DNA of 64,000 bases, taken from IMG/VR virus record IMGVR_UViG_3300037225_000630. One strand, written 5' to 3'. Under the pieces are notes generated by a model. That model ran no database searches. It saw only the letters and a program-made list of their open reading frames with translations, and was not told the DNA's origin. Below are positions 60,248-64,000 of this stretch, in pieces. Position numbers and translations under genes: made by a program. The stretch is from an uncultured virus (IMG/VR IMGVR_UViG_3300037225_000630). Its lineage: Duplodnaviria > Heunggongvirae > Uroviricota > Caudoviricetes. Within the stretch, counting starts at the first letter, position 1; the number at the start of each line of letters is the position of its first letter.

Positions 60248-60616
60248 ATTAAAATTAATTTGATGTATTTAAAAGATACTCTCTTTTCCCCTCTAAAGCA
60301 GTAAGCTCTGAAGCTATGTGACACTCAGAAACATCTATAAGCTTTGTAGGGAGTGACGACTTGAATACTTGTACCCATCTCTCATGCCCCTTTTGAGCCT
60401 CTTCTTTACTATCATACTGCTCCACTACTACCCATTCCCCATTATTGTAATGACTGCATTTAATAGCAGTTTCATAAGGCTGAGTAGAATCATTAACGGC
60501 GCATGTATCAATAACAGCATCAACACTTGGAATAATAGTGTTATCTACTTTGCGCTCCTCATAGTTAACCTTCATTTCAAAAAATTCAAACATATTCATA
60601 TTCATCTCCTTTATAA

Positions 60617-60688
60617 AGCGGCATATCGGATTCGAACCGACGACCCCGAGTTTGGAAAACTAGGACTCTACCCCTGAGCTAATACCGC
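60617..60688 (-). tRNA. tRNA-Gly(UCC)
   Basis: GCGG acceptor start, U73, loop TTTCCAA. Confidence 0.92.
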
Positions 60689-60708
60689 ATATTATCTAAT
60701 TCCCAATG

Positions 60709-60784
60709 TGCGAGTTGGAGGACTCGAACCTCCCTGCACCTACTACCCTTTCAACACCTTATCAGAGTGAGGAGATACACTCGC
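60709..60784 (-). tRNA. atypical D-armless tRNA-Ile(GAU)-like RNA
   Basis: GCGAGT/ACTCGC acceptor, loop CTGATAA, perfect T-arm, no D-arm, about 20-nt variable region. Confidence 0.6.
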
Positions 60785-61258
60785 TTGAATAATTTCATTG
60801 AAGAAATACTGCTGCAAAAGATAGCATCATTAGTAGTACACCCAATGAATAATATGAAGTCAGAACAGGACGAGAATAAATCTCAAACTCTGACCTTGAT
60901 ATATACCAGCATACTAATCCTGCTCCTATTGCAAATACAATCTGAAACAGCCCTTCCATTGAAAGAGCAAACGTGCCTAGAGCAATAGAACCTAGAATGC
61001 CCAGTATAATTAAAACAATAACTTGATACTTAACAGTGAACTTTTCCATCAGATCATTCGCATCCATTTATTCTACCTCACAAAATTCTGCCATTAAACA
61101 TAGAGCGTGTTCATACGAACTCGCCTCCCACAACTTCTCCCCCAGCTCCTTAGCCTTATCCCTCTGCCCTGCCTCTTTCAGGGCTTTAGTACAGATGCTC
61201 AGTAGATTGAATACATTGCCATCAGCACCAGTCAATACTACTTTAGGCTTTTCCATTT

Positions 61259-61906
61259 CTACTCCTTTAGTTCAATCATCCTCACTGTTGACATACTAAG
61301 CATACTACTAAAAATACTTTTAGTCAAGTATACATCATAAGAAGATTGATGTAATTCTGCTTCATCAGTAATAACATCATAGTCAGGGGCTACTTCTTTC
61401 AGCTTCCTATACTTACCATTTTCTAGAGCAGCCTGAACTACCATTATATCCAGAGAGTGAGGAAATATCATATAGTCCTCAAGAAATATATTATCAAATC
61501 CAGTATTATTAAATCCAAGGAATACAGAGGTATTACCACAAAAGGTTTTAAAAGAAGCAATGTCATCTAAAAAATAATCAGTGTAATCATCAAAACTACC
61601 ACAAATTTCAATCCGTCTTTTATTTATTTCATCATCAATGAGTCCATTTACTTTTGTAGCTTTAGGGTTATATTCCTCTTTACAATAATAGAATCTATTA
61701 TAAGTATCAATAACCGATATAGTCTTATTGGAGTTTAATTTACATAATTCTGCTGATATTGATAATACTGAAGGCATTGGGTTAGCTACAAATCCATTGG
61801 TTTCCAAGTCATAGACAATAAATCTATTATTGTCCTTCATATACTGAATAAATTGGACAATATAATTATTAAGTACTTGTAGCTGTTCCTCTAATATCAT
61901 ATTCAC
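61259..61906 (-). CDS. DEDDh 3'-5' exonuclease (DnaQ-like)
   Basis: YDLETNG, GFNNTGFD, LHQSSYDV. Confidence 0.85.
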   Translation of the reverse strand: MNMILEEQLQVLNNYIVQFIQYMKDNNRFIVYDLETNGFVANPMPSVLSISAELCKLNSNKTISVIDTYNRFYYCKEEYNPKATKVNGLIDDEINKRRIEICGSFDDYTDYFLDDIASFKTFCGNTSVFLGFNNTGFDNIFLEDYMIFPHSLDIMVVQAALENGKYRKLKEVAPDYDVITDEAELHQSSYDVYLTKSIFSSMLSMSTVRMIELKE

Positions 61907-62402
61907 TCCTTAATTTAATACAAAACTCTTCATAGTCATATAAAAATTCAAATTGTTCATTTGTTTCTAATATTTTTCTTTTTTTAGATATCATTTCATA
62001 CGCATTCTCTACTGACATCCCCGTTCTCACACAAATTCCTACTGTCATAATTCCTGTTCTACCATGCCCACCCCAGCAATGTACTAGCACATTATTATTT
62101 TTTATATAACCACATACTGTTTCTACAGCTTGATTAAATTTACTTATATCAGCAGGAACCTCAAAGTCTGGTATGGGATAGGATAATACTTTGGTTCCAT
62201 AGGAAGAATAAACTTTGAATAAAGAAACAGTATCTCCATATAATCTTTTTAATTCTTCTTCCCCTAATAATACTATTGCTAATTTAATCTCATTTTCTTC
62301 CATTTCCATTCCTAGCATTTCTGCCATATCTAGATTATTCGGAGCTGATGTCATAAATACTTTCACGTTATTTAATGTAAAATAGTCCATATTACACCTC
62401 AT
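61869..62402 (-). CDS. protein-tyrosine/dual-specificity phosphatase
   Basis: PIPDF, VHCWGGHGRTG, ETNEQ. Confidence 0.92.
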   Translation of the reverse strand: MRCNMDYFTLNNVKVFMTSAPNNLDMAEMLGMEMEENEIKLAIVLLGEEELKRLYGDTVSLFKVYSSYGTKVLSYPIPDFEVPADISKFNQAVETVCGYIKNNNVLVHCWGGHGRTGIMTVGICVRTGMSVENAYEMISKKRKILETNEQFEFLYDYEEFCIKLRSEYDIRGTATST

Positions 62403-62416
62403 ATAATTAGTCTAAT

Positions 62417-62858
62417 AAAAAGAAGGACCGGGGGTCTTACCTTCCCCCGGCCCGATTAATAGTTTTCAAGACTATTGTAAGTGCTGCTAGTATCCTTTCG
62501 GGCCGAAGTCACCCAATGATTTTTACTAAAAACGCCGAGTCTGCCACCGACTCTCCTCTCCCACAATAAGCTCTTTAATAAAGCTTACAGTGGGAAAGAT
62601 TGGATTCGAACCAATGCCTACGTTAAATTATATCATTGTCGCCAATGCCTCTGTCACGATATAGACTTTAAGAAAACTGCCAAGCAATAAACTGATGGAA
62701 TTACGTAGACTCTACTTGGGCGGCCCTAACGGGTATGCCCATTTACTGATACTACTACTAGCTCTTAAGGAGTTACCCCCCAGAGCAATACTTATGCTAT
62801 TGCGAAATATCCTCATGGATTAGCACAAATACTGCCATGGTGGAAGTAACTCCAATTT
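62417..62858 (-). ncRNA. long structured non-coding RNA with a permuted tRNA-like module (62531..62624)
   Basis: About 440 nt without an ORF; several helices; T-arm, acceptor, D-arm order; terminal GC-rich terminator. Confidence 0.7.
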
Positions 62859-62860
62859 AT

Positions 62861-63613
62861 TTAACTGTTGATATAGGCGAATATTTTATCACCTAACTTG
62901 ACGTTTATTACCTGTGCCTGATTAGCAGCTTGACGAGCCTGTTTTACAGCTTGAATCAGAGTGTCAATCTTTGACAAAAGGTTTGACTTCTCTATAGGCT
63001 GTAGCCTACCTGACGTATAGGTAGTTTCGTACTTACCTACCTGGACCTCGTTCTGTACCATCTCAGTCTGTGCAGGGAACTTATCCGTTGCAGCTACTTT
63101 GGTGATAACCTCAAGCTTTTTGATAGAACGGAACTTAGTATCTACAGGAGCCACATAGATAGCTCTAGCCTGTGTAGAATCCTTAGTCCATGAACGAGCA
63201 GGGTCTACCGTTGGAATGTCCTTGTAGACTTCTCTAATCCTGACAAGATACTTCTCTAACGCAATCAGAGAAGTAGCAGAAAGGGTACCAAAGTCAGTAC
63301 CATCATCAAGCATGAGAGGGGCTTTAGCAGTACCAGAAGCATTCGTCTCTTCCTTGCTGATACTGGCATCAATGGCCTTGATAACCGCACCCTGAGCATA
63401 CTCTATCTTCTCTGCTACTGTGGTTACAATTTCTTTACTCTCTGGAGGAATTTGTTCCCCAGCAGCATCGAAAGAAATGTAATTCTTCAGTACACCATCG
63501 AACAAATCCTGCTTTTTAGTGAAGGTGTTTTTGCACTCCACATCCAAAATGTTCCTTGACTGCTGTACTAAATCTTGCTCCACGGCCAATAACTGATGTA
63601 ACATATTCCCCAT
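62861..63613 (-). CDS. coiled-coil hypothetical protein directly upstream of the ncRNA
   Basis: 250-aa ORF (LHQLLAVE...AVKQARQAAN) with AGGAG SD. Confidence 0.75.
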   Translation of the reverse strand: MGNMLHQLLAVEQDLVQQSRNILDVECKNTFTKKQDLFDGVLKNYISFDAAGEQIPPESKEIVTTVAEKIEYAQGAVIKAIDASISKEETNASGTAKAPLMLDDGTDFGTLSATSLIALEKYLVRIREVYKDIPTVDPARSWTKDSTQARAIYVAPVDTKFRSIKKLEVITKVAATDKFPAQTEMVQNEVQVGKYETTYTSGRLQPIEKSNLLSKIDTLIQAVKQARQAANQAQVINVKLGDKIFAYINS

Positions 63614-64000
63614 TTCTCTACTCCTACTATCCTCCATGCTTTGATAACATGGATTCCTTACAGGAACGGTTGGTTTTGTTCCAACACCTACTCCGGGTTT
63701 AGCCTTTGTAGTTCTCCACTAAACTACGTCCCTAAAAAAAGAAGGGGATTAAAACCCGCTAAGGTTTTTCACCACTATGAAACAAACCACCATTACTTGT
63801 TTGTCTCTGCCCTCATCTAGCATACTTTTTCGTCTAATTCCTGGTTTATAAGAACTATTGGGCATTCATCAGGAAGCTATCCTGATTAGTCTAGCGCTAC
63901 CCATGGCAGGTTTTGCCCTTGCACCTCATCTTTTTTACAGGACACCATCGACTACTTTTCTGCTACTCCCGGTCCCTTCTTACTAATACTATACTGCTCT

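Noticed and set aside
63825..63875. Hammerhead ribozyme (CTGATGA...GAAA on the minus strand)
   Set aside because: No stem II pairing between the two core motifs.
1..64000. Genome-wide TAG recoding
   Set aside because: Conserved genes are full length in code 11, and TAG occurs at plausible gene ends.

Overview
This window is a segment of an AT-rich jumbo bacteriophage genome, read in standard code 11. Protein genes include DNA primase, a GroES-like chaperonin, a 5'-3' exonuclease, an AAA+ ATPase next to HslV, a SbcD/Mre11-like nuclease, large terminase, a scaffold-like protein, an R-M-like pair, an intein-bearing phosphoesterase and several free-standing homing endonucleases. A translation and RNA-repair set is also present: RtcB, an ATP-dependent RNA ligase, peptide deformylase, Pth2 and about 22 tRNA or tRNA-like genes. 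The main finding is a family of 27-28 nt hairpin inserts (N4-NRCTTT-loop-AGAGYN-N6). Three interrupt the anticodon loops of tRNA-Asn, -Lys and -Arg, and a fourth closes the acceptor stem of a circularly permuted tRNA-like module in a long ncRNA. One staggered-cut rule (2-nt 3' overhang, RNase III-like) restores all three anticodons and gives exact tRNA ends in the fourth, suggesting an undescribed phage tRNA-splicing system. Also notable are a 122-nt mini-tmRNA reduced to its tRNA-like domain, an amber suppressor tRNA, an amber-containing Pro-Pro-stop leader ahead of Pth2, five tRNAs with C33, and an ACTAAYTA promoter-like motif. All calls come from reading motifs and base-pairing by eye; no searches were run.
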